From NCBI GenBank assembly GCA_023898585.1, contig CP060229.1, positions 247,707 through 311,706 of the forward strand: 64,000 nt of DNA. The letters run 5' to 3'. The notes below the pieces were generated by a model that was not told the DNA's origin, searched no databases, and saw nothing but the letters and a program-made list of their open reading frames with translations. Within the stretch, counting starts at the first letter, position 1. Each line of letters starts with the position of its first letter. The translations under genes were made by a program, and so were the position numbers. Of the stretch, positions 1-8,804 are shown in pieces. The DNA comes from Candidatus Nomurabacteria bacterium. GTDB taxonomy: Bacteria; Patescibacteriota; Minisyncoccia; Phycocordibacterales; UBA918.

Positions 1-682
1 TAGCTATTTCTTCATGTAATCCCCGTAAAGTGCACCAATATCCTGGAGCGCAGTCCTGACCGATTCCGTAAGAGAAAATAAACTTATTATTTTCTCCTAA
101 ATACGCACGACTTTTGAGAGAAGATGGATATTCTTTGTCTCCTATCCACATGATTTCTTTAGCATCAATCTGATTAAGAAAAGAAGTTTTTGAAAAACTT
201 TCCTTTGACTCCACAAAAATGGAAAGTGCCACCTGAAGTGGTCCATATTTTTCTTTTATCTGAATATCAAATTCAACTTCGAAATAGTCAGATTCAAGCT
301 TCTCAATGTTTTCTTTTTGGACAAAATCTGGGAGCGATAATGAAAATCCGTACTCATTATTCACATATATCCATGGATTATAACCTGCAAGTAATATTTC
401 CTCATATGAGGAAGGATCCTCTTCCACTTCTTTTGAAACAAACTGAGTGGTTGTTGGTGACGTGTTAGTAATATGCTTACTGATTACCACTGGCTGAATA
501 AAATTTACATTCTGTTTTGAACTATAACTGAGACCCAACCAAAAGCCTAAAAAGGGTAAGGTAACAAAAAGTATTACACTAAGCAATTTTGAAAATGCCG
601 TAACTTTAAATAATGGAGCATACCGAGATTCTCTGGTAGTATCAACATCAGTGGCTTCCTGTAATAATTGTTCATTTTCCAT
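1..682 (-). CDS. Hypothetical membrane-anchored protein, partial (N-terminus at 682, continues past the window start)
   Basis: Manual translation of the minus strand from ATG at 680-682 is open through position 1 (MENEQLLQEATDVDTT...) with one N-terminal transmembrane segment (LLSVILFVTLPFLGFWLGL). It is absent from the ORF track because it is not closed inside the window. Confidence 0.5.
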   Translation of the reverse strand, partial: MENEQLLQEATDVDTTRESRYAPLFKVTAFSKLLSVILFVTLPFLGFWLGLSYSSKQNVNFIQPVVISKHITNTSPTTTQFVSKEVEEDPSSYEEILLAGYNPWIYVNNEYGFSLSLPDFVQKENIEKLESDYFEVEFDIQIKEKYGPLQVALSIFVESKESFSKTSFLNQIDAKEIMWIGDKEYPSSLKSRAYLGENNKFIFSYGIGQDCAPGYWCTLRGLHEEIA

Positions 683-713
683 ACTATTTTTAAAGTATAT
701 CAGACAAACCATC

Positions 714-742
714 AGAAAAAGTGGCTTGATGCCACTTTTTCT
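714..742 (-). terminator. Rho-independent terminator after rpsG (palindromic, could act in both directions)
   Basis: AGAAAAAGTGGC-ttgat-GCCACTTTTTCT. On the minus strand the stem is followed by UUUUUCUGAUGG. Confidence 0.6.
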
Positions 743-887
743 GATTTAGGAGTTTTCAAAATTGAATGGCTGGCTAGGAGCTCAGGCAAAATTGTAACGA
801 ATGGGACAACTGTCCAGTGAGTTGAAATCTTGCCGTAGGTGAAAAGTGACGGGGTCACTTTTCACAAGCCAGACGCCGATTCTGGAA

Positions 888-1358
888 TTACCAAGCAAAA
901 TGGGCAAAAGCTCGGTTAGCCTCCGCCATCTTATGTGTATCCTCCTTCTTCTTCACTGCATCTCCTTCTTCTTTTGCTGCTAGCATAAGTTCTTTAGCCA
1001 GAGACTTGTGCATCGGAGTTCCTTTTTGTTTTCGCGCCGCAGTAATGATCCAGCGAAGCGCTAGTGAAAGCCGTCGCTCTGGTCGAACTTCACGAGGAAC
1101 CTGATAGTTGGCTCCACCGACTCGACGTGAACGTACTTCCATCAAAGGTCCGGCATTTCGGAGTGCCGAGTTGAAAACCTCAACCGGATCGCCACCTTCT
1201 TTGTCATTTTTAATAATCTCGAACGCTCCGTAAACAATCTTACGCGCAGTCTCTTTCTGACCACGAAGCATGATGTAATTGATGAGTCGTTCGACATCAA
1301 CCTGACCGTACACCACATCTGGTGACACGACTGGTCGTTTCTTAATTGGTCGTCTCAT
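888..1358 (-). CDS. rpsG: 30S ribosomal protein S7
   Basis: MRRPIKKR...[25 protein letters not shown] is the S7 signature. Start taken at the internal Met (cat at 1356-1358) rather than the longer ORF. Confidence 0.95.
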   Translation of the reverse strand: MRRPIKKRPVVSPDVVYGQVDVERLINYIMLRGQKETARKIVYGAFEIIKNDKEGGDPVEVFNSALRNAGPLMEVRSRRVGGANYQVPREVRPERRLSLALRWIITAARKQKGTPMHKSLAKELMLAAKEEGDAVKKKEDTHKMAEANRAFAHFAW

Positions 1359-1525
1359 GTAATTTCTTGTTAAACAAGAATGAGGAGTGTTATGAAAACA
1401 ATCTTCATTCTTCGCATAATTTGATTCCTTACCTTTTTCGGTTGAATCGCTTCCTATAATCTGTAGCGAATATAAACTATTTGTAATGTTCGGAGTCGCC
1501 ACCCCGATTCCTCTGACTAAAGAAA

Positions 1526-1936
1526 TTATCCTTTAGGCATCTTTGCTCCGTAACGAGATCGTCCGCGTCGGCGGGCGTCAACTCCAGTGGCGTCGTATTT
1601 TCCACGAACTATCGTGTAGTTGACTCCAATGTCCTTCACACGCCCTCCTCGTACCAACACCACTGAGTGTTCTTGGAGAGAATGCTTTATACCTGGAATG
1701 TACGCTGTAATTTCCTGACCATTTGAAAGTCGAACGCGAGCGATCTTTCTGATCGCCGAGTTCGGCTTACGAGGAGTCTTGGTTGTTACTCTGGTGCACA
1801 CACCACGCTTAAAAGGTGAAAAGTATGAGTTTGGTTGGTTCTTGATTTTGTTGAATCCGCTCTCCAAAGCCGCACGCTTACTTTTTCGCGCTTTGTCTAC
1901 TCGCTTTTTACGGGTTAATTGTTGAATTGTTGCCAT
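1526..1936 (-). CDS. rpsL: 30S ribosomal protein S12
   Basis: [12 protein letters not shown]...[26 protein letters not shown]...VRGGRVKD is the canonical S12 sequence. Confidence 0.97.
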   Translation of the reverse strand: MATIQQLTRKKRVDKARKSKRAALESGFNKIKNQPNSYFSPFKRGVCTRVTTKTPRKPNSAIRKIARVRLSNGQEITAYIPGIKHSLQEHSVVLVRGGRVKDIGVNYTIVRGKYDATGVDARRRGRSRYGAKMPKG

Positions 1937-2002
1937 AATTTAGCCCACGTAATGTACTACATGGGGATTATTTTGCAAGTTATTTGACAGCTTCTAGAAA
2001 AG

Positions 2003-2097
2003 AAAATCCGTCTTTGCGGGACGGATTTAAAAGAAACCATGTACGTGGGGTGCCGGGCACCGATATAATAATGAGGAGATTTACACCCCACGTACGC
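2003..2097 (-). terminator. Two tandem hairpins between the M50 protease gene and the rpsL promoter region
   Basis: AAATCCGTC-tttgcgg-GACGGATTT at 2004-2028 and a 13-bp inverted repeat GTACGTGGGGTG...CACCCCACGTAC at 2038-2097. On the minus strand both are followed by U-rich tracts. Confidence 0.5.
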
Positions 2098-2148
2098 TCC
2101 TCTCGGTCGGCGACGAGCAAAAAACTATTTGCTTAAATATAACACGAT

Positions 2149-2784
2149 TTATATTCCTATCAAACTGGTTGTTAGCCAAAAGGTTAATTCGTAGAGCGGG
2201 CGAGACAGCACAAAGACAAATATTAAAATGATTATCATGAACGACAGTCCGGCGTTTTGTTCCATCTTTCTTCGAAAATCATCGTACTTCATAGCCAAAG
2301 AAAAAGGCAGAAGTTTGGGTAGTATCTTCGAACCGTCAAGCGGAGGAAACGGCACCAAGTTGAAGCAAGCTAGGAATATATTAAGGAGAATAATCATGAA
2401 AGACAACTGTACAAAACTGTCACTAAGACCTAGCACATCGGCACTGCGAACCAAGACCGAGAAAATAACTGCGATAGCGATGTTTGAAGCCGGTCCGGCT
2501 ACAGCCACAATCGCTTCCCCCCATCTTTGGTTTGTGAAATTGTATGGGTTGTACGGCACGGGTTTGGCCGCGCCGAAAAGAATGGGTGAGCCTGAAAAAA
2601 GCAGAAGGCCAGGTAAAATCACTGACATCATTGGGTCAAGATGGACAAGCGGATTGGGACTAAGTCGTCCGGCCAGACGGGCGGTTGGATCCCCGAGCCA
2701 ATTGGCGGCGTAGCCGTGAGCCATTTCATGAATAATAACTGAAATAATTAGTGCGACGATCATCGCAATTTGTGTTGGTTCCAT
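2149..2784 (-). CDS. Site-2 protease family zinc metalloprotease (peptidase M50)
   Basis: HEMAHG zinc motif and a multi-TM profile. Start taken at MEPTQIAM (cat 2782-2784) so the gene does not overlap rpmB. Confidence 0.8.
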   Translation of the reverse strand: MEPTQIAMIVALIISVIIHEMAHGYAANWLGDPTARLAGRLSPNPLVHLDPMMSVILPGLLLFSGSPILFGAAKPVPYNPYNFTNQRWGEAIVAVAGPASNIAIAVIFSVLVRSADVLGLSDSFVQLSFMIILLNIFLACFNLVPFPPLDGSKILPKLLPFSLAMKYDDFRRKMEQNAGLSFMIIILIFVFVLSRPLYELTFWLTTSLIGI

Positions 2785-2865
2785 AAGATATGGTTTATAG
2801 TACTGGGGAAGGCTTGCAATATCAAGCGCACGTGGTAGGATGTCGCAACTAAAACAAGTATCTTT

Positions 2866-3108
2866 ATGGCCAAACAATGTGACATCACCGGTAAAAAGAC
2901 CCAAATGGGGGGTCGTTATTCAAACCGCACTCGTGCGACACAATTTAATCCGTGCGGAAAAACCACTCGTCAACCTAATCTGCAGAAGAAGAAGATCTTT
3001 GTTCCCGAGCTTAACAAGTCGGTGACGGTGAAGGTCTCAGCTTCCGCTCTCCGCACTATTGCAAAAAACGGTGCTTTTGAGACTCTGAAAAAGGCAAAAC
3101 TTATCTAA
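2866..3108 (+). CDS. rpmB: 50S ribosomal protein L28
   Basis: MAKQCDITGKKTQMGGRYSNRTRATQFNP...VTVKVSASALRTIAKNG matches the L28 pattern (VCQVTGK...N.SHA...R.F.PNL...L.VSA...R.I.K.G). Confidence 0.85.
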   Translation: MAKQCDITGKKTQMGGRYSNRTRATQFNPCGKTTRQPNLQKKKIFVPELNKSVTVKVSASALRTIAKNGAFETLKKAKLI

Positions 3109-3172
3109 GTGAAAGGTACCCCTTTCTTAAGACAACTTTTGCAAGTATTATCACTTAAACAATACAAGCAAT

Positions 3173-3448
3173 ATGTCCAAGAAAGGATACAAGATATCAG
3201 CTGAGATCAAAGAAGAAGTTATCAATAAAATCAAACACGAAGGCTTGAGTGTTAGTGATACTGCCAACCAATACGGCATCAGTAGTCGAACCATTTATGA
3301 TTGGCTAGGTACAAAGGCCACGGGTACGGTCAGTCTCCTTGAACACAACAAACTCAAGAAGGAAAACGAACAACTCAAACAAATCATCGGTGACCTCACC
3401 ATAAAAATGTCCATTGAGGCTAAAAAGGGGCTCTCCAAGGGATGGTGA
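3173..3448 (+). CDS. IS3-family transposase OrfA (HTH plus leucine zipper)
   Basis: 91 aa with an HTH (NQYGISSRTIYDWL) and a leucine-zipper-like LKKENEQLKQIIGDL, as in IS3/IS911 OrfA. Confidence 0.85.
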   Translation: MSKKGYKISAEIKEEVINKIKHEGLSVSDTANQYGISSRTIYDWLGTKATGTVSLLEHNKLKKENEQLKQIIGDLTIKMSIEAKKGLSKGW

Positions 3449-4218
3449 TCGGTTATTCACGTACGCATCACTATTATCACCATAAACAACCTCAAAAGGA
3501 TTGGCACACCAAGCAACTGATTGAGGCTGTGTTACGTGAGCACCCAGGCTATGGCCACAAGCGCTTGGCCACACACCTCAAGATCAACAAGAAACGAGTG
3601 CTGAGAGTTATGAAGTTGTTTGGTATTAAACCATACCGGAGAACTACTCCTAAAGTGTTTAAAAAGCCTAAAGGTAGTGTGTTTCCCAACTATTTAATGA
3701 GTGAGGAACCACGAGGGCCAGGTGATATATATGCCTCAGACTTCACCTATCTTAAATATCGAGGAAAGTGGTTGTATGTGGCTACAGTACTCGATACGTA
3801 CACTAGAGAGATAGTTGGTGTATCGATATTGACAACACATCAGACACAGCTCGTCATTAACGCTTTGGCTTCAGCAGTGCTCCATCGAGCTCCTCCACGG
3901 ATTATTCATTCCGATCAAGGGAGTGAGTACTGCTCAAAAGACTACACTGCCTTAACCCAAAAGCTTGGTATCAAACAGTCCATGAGTGCCCCCGGTTGTC
4001 CCTGGGAGAATGGTTACCAAGAGAGTTTCTATAAAGGGTTCAAATTGGACTTAGGTGACCCAAACCGGTTTGATACTCTCGGTGAGTTAGTGGCTACTAT
4101 TTATCAGACGATTAATTATTACAATCAAAAACGCATCCACTCCGTCTTAAAAGTACCACCTCGGTTGTTTAGAGACCAACATGAGGTATTATTAAAAGAC
4201 TTGCAAAAGGTGTCTTAA
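3442..4218 (+). CDS. IS3-family transposase OrfB (rve/DDE integrase core)
   Basis: YASDFTYL...HSDQGSEY...PWENGYQESF is the DDE(35)E integrase catalytic core. It overlaps orfA in the -1 frame. A probable slippery site TAAAAAGG lies near 3417-3424 for an OrfAB fusion. Confidence 0.85.
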   Translation: MVIGYSRTHHYYHHKQPQKDWHTKQLIEAVLREHPGYGHKRLATHLKINKKRVLRVMKLFGIKPYRRTTPKVFKKPKGSVFPNYLMSEEPRGPGDIYASDFTYLKYRGKWLYVATVLDTYTREIVGVSILTTHQTQLVINALASAVLHRAPPRIIHSDQGSEYCSKDYTALTQKLGIKQSMSAPGCPWENGYQESFYKGFKLDLGDPNRFDTLGELVATIYQTINYYNQKRIHSVLKVPPRLFRDQHEVLLKDLQKVS

Positions 4219-4259
4219 TTTTGGGGTATCTTCCAAAGTTTAATACTGAGGTTTGAAGG

Positions 4260-4288
4260 CCGGCCCCTACGGGGCCGGCCTTTTGTCA
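4260..4288 (+). terminator. Rho-independent terminator at the IS3 right flank
   Basis: GGCCGGCCCC-tac-GGGGCCGGCC followed by TTTTGT. Confidence 0.6.
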
Positions 4289-5152
4289 CTCAACCCACAC
4301 CTCTTTTCCATCGCTTTTAAAAATGATCGCTCCGCGCTCTGCCGTACTTAGCACCTCCGCTCCGGTCGCTTTAGCTCGTGCCAGAACCGACTCTTTTGGG
4401 TGTCCGTAACGATTGTTATTTCCGGCCGAAACGACGGCGTACAAAGGCTCTACAACTTTTAAGAATTTAGAATCGGATGATGTTTCTGAGCCGTGGTGAC
4501 CCAACTTAAGAACTTCGCTTTCCAATTGTTCCCCGTAGATATCAACCAAATAATTTTCAATACCGATGGGAGCATCGCCGGTAAGCATGAAACCCACTTC
4601 ACCATATTGGAGCTGTAGCACAATCGAGGCGGTGTTGTTCTCCCAATTAGTCGTGTCACCTTTGGGTGACAATATTTTGACTGTCGTTGATGCTCCGAGC
4701 TCGATAATTTGTCCGGCTTTTGCCGAAACCACGTGCGCGCCTTCGGCGCGCACGACCTTATCAAAAGCAATGACCGCTTGCGAATCACCTTCCACTTCCG
4801 TTTCCATAATCGCTCCTATCTGATACTTCTCTATTACATCCACTAAGCCTCCTATATGGTCGGTATCAGGATGCGTTGCAACCACAATATCTATTGAACG
4901 ATCAAAGAATGATCTCCCGTTAGCCAGCTCTCGCAAAACGGAACCACCCGGTCCACCGTCGATTAACATCTCATATCCATCAGGAGTTATGATGTGAATT
5001 GAGTCACCTTGACCGACATCTAAAAAACGAACTGTGAGTAACTGCGATTCATCTGCTTGCGAGAGAGAGACAAACGGAAACCAAACCACAACAGAAACGA
5101 CAAGCAAAAGCGTTAAGATGATACTTCTCACCAACAGAAAGCGGTCTGACAT
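4286..5152 (-). CDS. ComEC/Rec2-related metallo-beta-lactamase domain protein (stand-alone C-terminal part of ComEC)
   Basis: VRFLDVGQGDS...DGGP...ATHPDTDHIGG...LKLGHHGS is the ComEC-type MBL fold, behind a signal-anchor N-terminus. Start chosen at MSDRFLL (cat 5150-5152). Confidence 0.75.
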   Translation of the reverse strand: MSDRFLLVRSIILTLLLVVSVVVWFPFVSLSQADESQLLTVRFLDVGQGDSIHIITPDGYEMLIDGGPGGSVLRELANGRSFFDRSIDIVVATHPDTDHIGGLVDVIEKYQIGAIMETEVEGDSQAVIAFDKVVRAEGAHVVSAKAGQIIELGASTTVKILSPKGDTTNWENNTASIVLQLQYGEVGFMLTGDAPIGIENYLVDIYGEQLESEVLKLGHHGSETSSDSKFLKVVEPLYAVVSAGNNNRYGHPKESVLARAKATGAEVLSTAERGAIIFKSDGKEVWVE

Positions 5153-5211
5153 ACCACATGATACAATGCGTATAAACAATAAAGAACAATTAACGCACAC
5201 TAATTATTTAT

Positions 5212-5790
5212 ATGAGATACGAACCGCTAACATTTGACATCCCGGAACTGGAAGGAATGTCAAGAGATACAATCGATAATCATCTTGGTCTGTACAGAGG
5301 TTATGTAAAACACGTGAATCTGATTCAAGAAAAAATCGAATCATACAGTAACGACTTCAAAAATAATTCATTTGCCATTTCAGAGATGCAACGTCGTCTT
5401 GGGTTTGAGTTTGGCGGAATGCGTAATCACGAATATTACTTTTCCCAGTTTGAAGGTGGCGCAAAAAACCTACCTGAAGGTTCTCTAAAAACAAAATTGG
5501 AACAACAGTGGGGAACGTTTGATAACTGGTTTGAACACTTCAGACAAATCGCCAACACTCGGGGAGTAGGATGGGCTATGCTCTACCATGACCCACATAC
5601 CGATCAGCTGATACAAACTTGGGTGGACGAACAACAAATCGGGCAATTGGCTGATTTGGACATCATCTTAGCATTAGATATGTGGGAGCATTCATACATG
5701 CGTGACTATACATCCAGCGATAAGGGTAAATATGTCGACGCATTTTTTAGAAATCTTAATTGGGAGGTGGTGTCGGAGAGACTGGTTTAA
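5212..5790 (+). CDS. Fe/Mn-family superoxide dismutase
   Basis: HLGLYRGYVKHVN near the N-terminus and DMWEHSYMRDY near the C-terminus, matching the metal-ligand motifs HHxKHH and DVWEHAYY. 192 aa. Confidence 0.85.
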   Translation: MRYEPLTFDIPELEGMSRDTIDNHLGLYRGYVKHVNLIQEKIESYSNDFKNNSFAISEMQRRLGFEFGGMRNHEYYFSQFEGGAKNLPEGSLKTKLEQQWGTFDNWFEHFRQIANTRGVGWAMLYHDPHTDQLIQTWVDEQQIGQLADLDIILALDMWEHSYMRDYTSSDKGKYVDAFFRNLNWEVVSERLV

Positions 5791-5820
5791 CCACCAAACC
5801 AATAGACTGGCTAGTTTATT

Positions 5821-7401
5821 TTAGCGAAAAAAGATTGGTAAGTCGGAATCGACTGGCGAGCCTGGTGGTGTTTTACTGATCTGTCCGCCTACCGATTCTG
5901 TTTCTTCCACTATGGTCCAATCGGATAATGAGCTTTTTGAATTTTTCTTGGTTTTAAAATAATACCAAGCAGACATCATGAGACCATACAACACAACCAC
6001 CACCCCAAACGAAAACTCAGGAATCGTTACTGTAGCAAATGGTAGCATCGCAAACCACTTGGCCACCAATAAGATGTAGCTGAGCGAAATGTGAGAGACA
6101 TACCCGATGATGCCGGCCAACGAAGTTGAGACTAAACCAAGCAGACCGGTAGAAAATGTGAGTAGCATGGCCGGCGCCACCATTGGAAGCACGAGAACAT
6201 TTACCAAGACCGCAATCAAAGAAACTTCACCAATGTGATACATAAGCAAAGGACAGACGGCAATCTGGGTCGAGACTGTTGCTAGGAAAAACTCACGCCA
6301 GCCCGGTCTGCTTTTTTTGCGAATAACCGTTGATTCAAATTCGGGAACAATCAGTAACAATCCCAAAGTGGCCATAAACGATAGTTGAAATCCGATGTCG
6401 TAAACAAGTATATAAGGATTGACACAAACCATTACCACACCGGTAAGCAGGAGTGCTCGCATTACATCGTATCTTCTTCCCAATACCTGTGCCAATAGAA
6501 CCAAACCGGCCATTATACTGGCTCGAACAACAGTAGCCGAAAGGCCAACTATCAACGCGAAACAAACAATCGCGAGAACCCCGAACACCACCCGGTAACG
6601 AACAGGTAGTAAGAACGAAAAACAAAACATTATGAACGCCACCACCAACATGACGTTATAGCCAGAGAGTACAACGATGTGAATTATTCCGGTACGTCGA
6701 AAGTCTTGTTCGATGTCTTCGCCAAGAGCCGATTTAACGCCGAGCAATAAGCCCTCACCAAGTCCGACAGCGGGTTGTGGGATGATTTGTTCAAGCGAAT
6801 CAATGAACCTGTGTTTCGTGTATAACAGCCCGGCAATAATAGGGTTGGCCTCACCTGAGTCCACCACTTCCACCTCGGCAAAAGAAATATTGTATTCCAC
6901 CCCCTTTGCTTTCAGATAGCCCGGATAATCAAAGGTTCTACCAAGATCGGTTTCAAATTCTTTCGGCTTCTCTAATTTACCTGAAACGATTACTCTATCG
7001 CCATACGAATAAGCACTGAGGTGGTCTGCGGTGGCGAGAATCAGATCATCATCTGTCTTTATATAAAGGTGAACTGTCTTTTCTCGATAATCCGGCTCTT
7101 GAACGACAACACCTTCGAGCATGACCGGTTGACCAAGTGAGAATTCGAGAGGAGATTTGTTAAATTGCCAAGAAGCGATTTCGGTTCGGAGAATGCCAAG
7201 TGAAGAGGCAAATAAGACCAGACTGGTAATGAGGAGGTATGGCGCCGAAACAGCTTCGCTGTTTCGGCGCCATACCAACCCCACCCCGAGTGCTAGTAGC
7301 AACATCCAAACGACAACCTCCAGTGGTATCTCATACACAGTCCGTAGCCCAACCCCGATCAAAAAAGACAAAACGCCACTAATCACGATTTGCGATTGCA
7401 T
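5821..7401 (-). CDS. comEC: ComEC/Rec2 competence protein, N-terminal DUF4131 plus membrane competence domain, with no MBL domain
   Basis: Polytopic membrane protein. An OB-like DUF4131 region (VVQEPDYREKTVHLYIKTDD) is followed by the competence-domain block RRTGIIHIVVLSGYNV. Confidence 0.8.
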   Translation of the reverse strand: MQSQIVISGVLSFLIGVGLRTVYEIPLEVVVWMLLLALGVGLVWRRNSEAVSAPYLLITSLVLFASSLGILRTEIASWQFNKSPLEFSLGQPVMLEGVVVQEPDYREKTVHLYIKTDDDLILATADHLSAYSYGDRVIVSGKLEKPKEFETDLGRTFDYPGYLKAKGVEYNISFAEVEVVDSGEANPIIAGLLYTKHRFIDSLEQIIPQPAVGLGEGLLLGVKSALGEDIEQDFRRTGIIHIVVLSGYNVMLVVAFIMFCFSFLLPVRYRVVFGVLAIVCFALIVGLSATVVRASIMAGLVLLAQVLGRRYDVMRALLLTGVVMVCVNPYILVYDIGFQLSFMATLGLLLIVPEFESTVIRKKSRPGWREFFLATVSTQIAVCPLLMYHIGEVSLIAVLVNVLVLPMVAPAMLLTFSTGLLGLVSTSLAGIIGYVSHISLSYILLVAKWFAMLPFATVTIPEFSFGVVVVLYGLMMSAWYYFKTKKNSKSSLSDWTIVEETESVGGQISKTPPGSPVDSDLPIFFR

Positions 7402-7487
7402 TTCATAAGTGTAGCAACCAATTAAAAAACCACCCGTAGGTGGTTGGGTACATAAGCGGACTCGAGTCCGCTTATGTACAGATTCGA

Positions 7488-7673
7488 TCAGCTGACAGCT
7501 ATTTTGAGCCTTACTTTATTCACTTGGCTCTGGGCCATCTTTTGCCGTTCCTCGAGCATTGTAACTCGGTAGACGGTCTGACGACCGGCCCTATTTCGTT
7601 GCTCAACCATAACCTCTTCAATCTCATTATCGGCGATGGTTTCTCGTATTTTTTGTCTTCTGTCAAACGACAT
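7488..7673 (-). CDS. Small hypothetical protein (61 aa)
   Basis: The internal Met MSFDRRQKIRETIADNEIEEV... is preceded on the minus strand by a strong RBS (AAGGAGGGaatcATG). The longer TTG-initiated track ORF is probably an over-extension. Confidence 0.45.
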   Translation of the reverse strand: MSFDRRQKIRETIADNEIEEVMVEQRNRAGRQTVYRVTMLEERQKMAQSQVNKVRLKIAVS

Positions 7674-7779
7674 GATTCCCTCCTTCAAAACTGGCGCGCA
7701 AAAACAAACTTTTGCGCTCGACCAGGTATGAACGTTAACCCACATCGGCAGTCTCGTCAAGTTTTTCTGGGTAGAAAAA

Positions 7780-8490
7780 TTATGAGCCTTGTTTAAAATC
7801 TTTAATGATCTCCTTCTCTTCTTTCTCGGACAGAGCCTTTTTGAAACGCACCCCGCTTTGGCCTTTTACCCTCCCTTCACACTCTTTCCAAGTTTGATGG
7901 GTTTTGACCACACCATCTACCAGACTGACGTAAGAATACGCCTTGAGGGATTGTCTCTTTCGAGCATCGCTACGCTCCATCGCTTTCTCTTCATCGTAAG
8001 AAACATTTTCTATCTCGTGTTTATAACCCTTCCTCGACCCCTTATACAAGTCGACCTTCTTACCTTCTCCCAAATCAGAAGCAATTACATCTGCTCGTTC
8101 GTTTCCAATGATCCCGACATGTCCGGGAACTTTGTGCCAATTTATTTTTACTTTTTTAAGTAACGTCGCAAGTTCCTGCCAAACTTCCTTGTGTAGAACA
8201 TCGCTTCCGGTTTTTATTTTCCAACCATTTTTCATCCAACCAAATATCCAGCCCTTAGCTCCTTCAACCACGTATTTTGAATCTGTATAAATTTCCACCT
8301 CCCTTACATTCGCCGGCACCTGTTTCAACGCTTCCAAAACAGCTCGCAATTCCATCTCATTGTTCGTAGTCAGCGATTTACCTTCACCAATCTCAAGCAC
8401 ACTGTCTCCAAAAGACAAAACAGCTCCGTAGCCTCCCGGACCGGGGTTTCCCTTCGCCGCTCCATCGGTAAAGATAATAGCTTTATTCAT
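7780..8490 (-). CDS. rnhA: Ribonuclease HI with a C-terminal hybrid-binding (caulimovirus viroplasmin-like) domain
   Basis: MNKAIIFTDGAAKGNPGPGGYG...EIYTDSKYVV...HVGIIGNERAD is the RNase H fold. The C-terminus YSYVSLVDGVVKTHQTWKECEGRVKGQSGVRFKKALSEKE resembles the RNase H1 hybrid-binding domain. Start at MNKAII (cat 8488-8490). Confidence 0.85.
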   Translation of the reverse strand: MNKAIIFTDGAAKGNPGPGGYGAVLSFGDSVLEIGEGKSLTTNNEMELRAVLEALKQVPANVREVEIYTDSKYVVEGAKGWIFGWMKNGWKIKTGSDVLHKEVWQELATLLKKVKINWHKVPGHVGIIGNERADVIASDLGEGKKVDLYKGSRKGYKHEIENVSYDEEKAMERSDARKRQSLKAYSYVSLVDGVVKTHQTWKECEGRVKGQSGVRFKKALSEKEEKEIIKDFKQGS

Positions 8491-8804
8491 ATTCGAGTAG
8501 CCTATCATAAAAACAACATTTGTGATTGAATAATTCAGGAGTGTCCTTAAACCAAAAGTCGGAGACAGGTATGAAAAATGATAATTTCTTATACATGAGA
8601 CACGGATTGAATGAGCCGAAGAAAGAAGATTTCGGGCAGGGAACAACCTCTCACCGTCCCCAGCCCGATACAGTCAAAAGACCTAACCCCGCTCCTTCTG
8701 CGGAAGATGTCAGAGACGGGCTCGCTGAACCTAAACCAGGCAGATAAAGCCTTGGTACAGAGCTTTTAAAAAACACCCCACCTTACGGACAAGGTCGGGT
8801 GTTT

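Larger units (their letters stand above)
3110..4235 (+). mobile_element. IS3-family insertion sequence (orfA/orfB, TG...CA termini, 3-bp target-site duplication AAG)
   Basis: 22-nt imperfect terminal inverted repeats: TGAAAGGTACCCCTTTCTTAAG on the left and, read as reverse complement, TGGAAGATACCCCAAAATTAAG on the right. AAG flanks both ends (3107-3109 and 4236-4238). The element contains an HTH orfA and a DDE orfB overlapping in the -1 frame. Confidence 0.85.

Noticed and set aside
2228-2713. 161-aa plus-strand ORF antisense to the M50 protease gene, and similar antisense or overlapping track ORFs (4459-4788, 4566-4823, 6335-6625, 6684-6919, 9219-9793, 21481-22248, 22354-22842, 26762-27340, 29086-29570, 39013-39552, 40290-41129)
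   Set aside because: All lie inside, and antisense or out of frame to, well-supported genes. Their compositions are low-complexity or mirror the codon bias of the real gene. The ones antisense to the nusA tail reflect its acidic repeat. No independent start signals were seen.
4260-4288. Assigning the GGCCGGCCCC hairpin as the terminator of the minus-strand MBL gene
   Set aside because: On the minus strand the hairpin is followed by UUCAAACC, which is not U-rich. It is U-rich only on the plus strand, so it is more likely the plus-strand terminator at the IS3 right flank.
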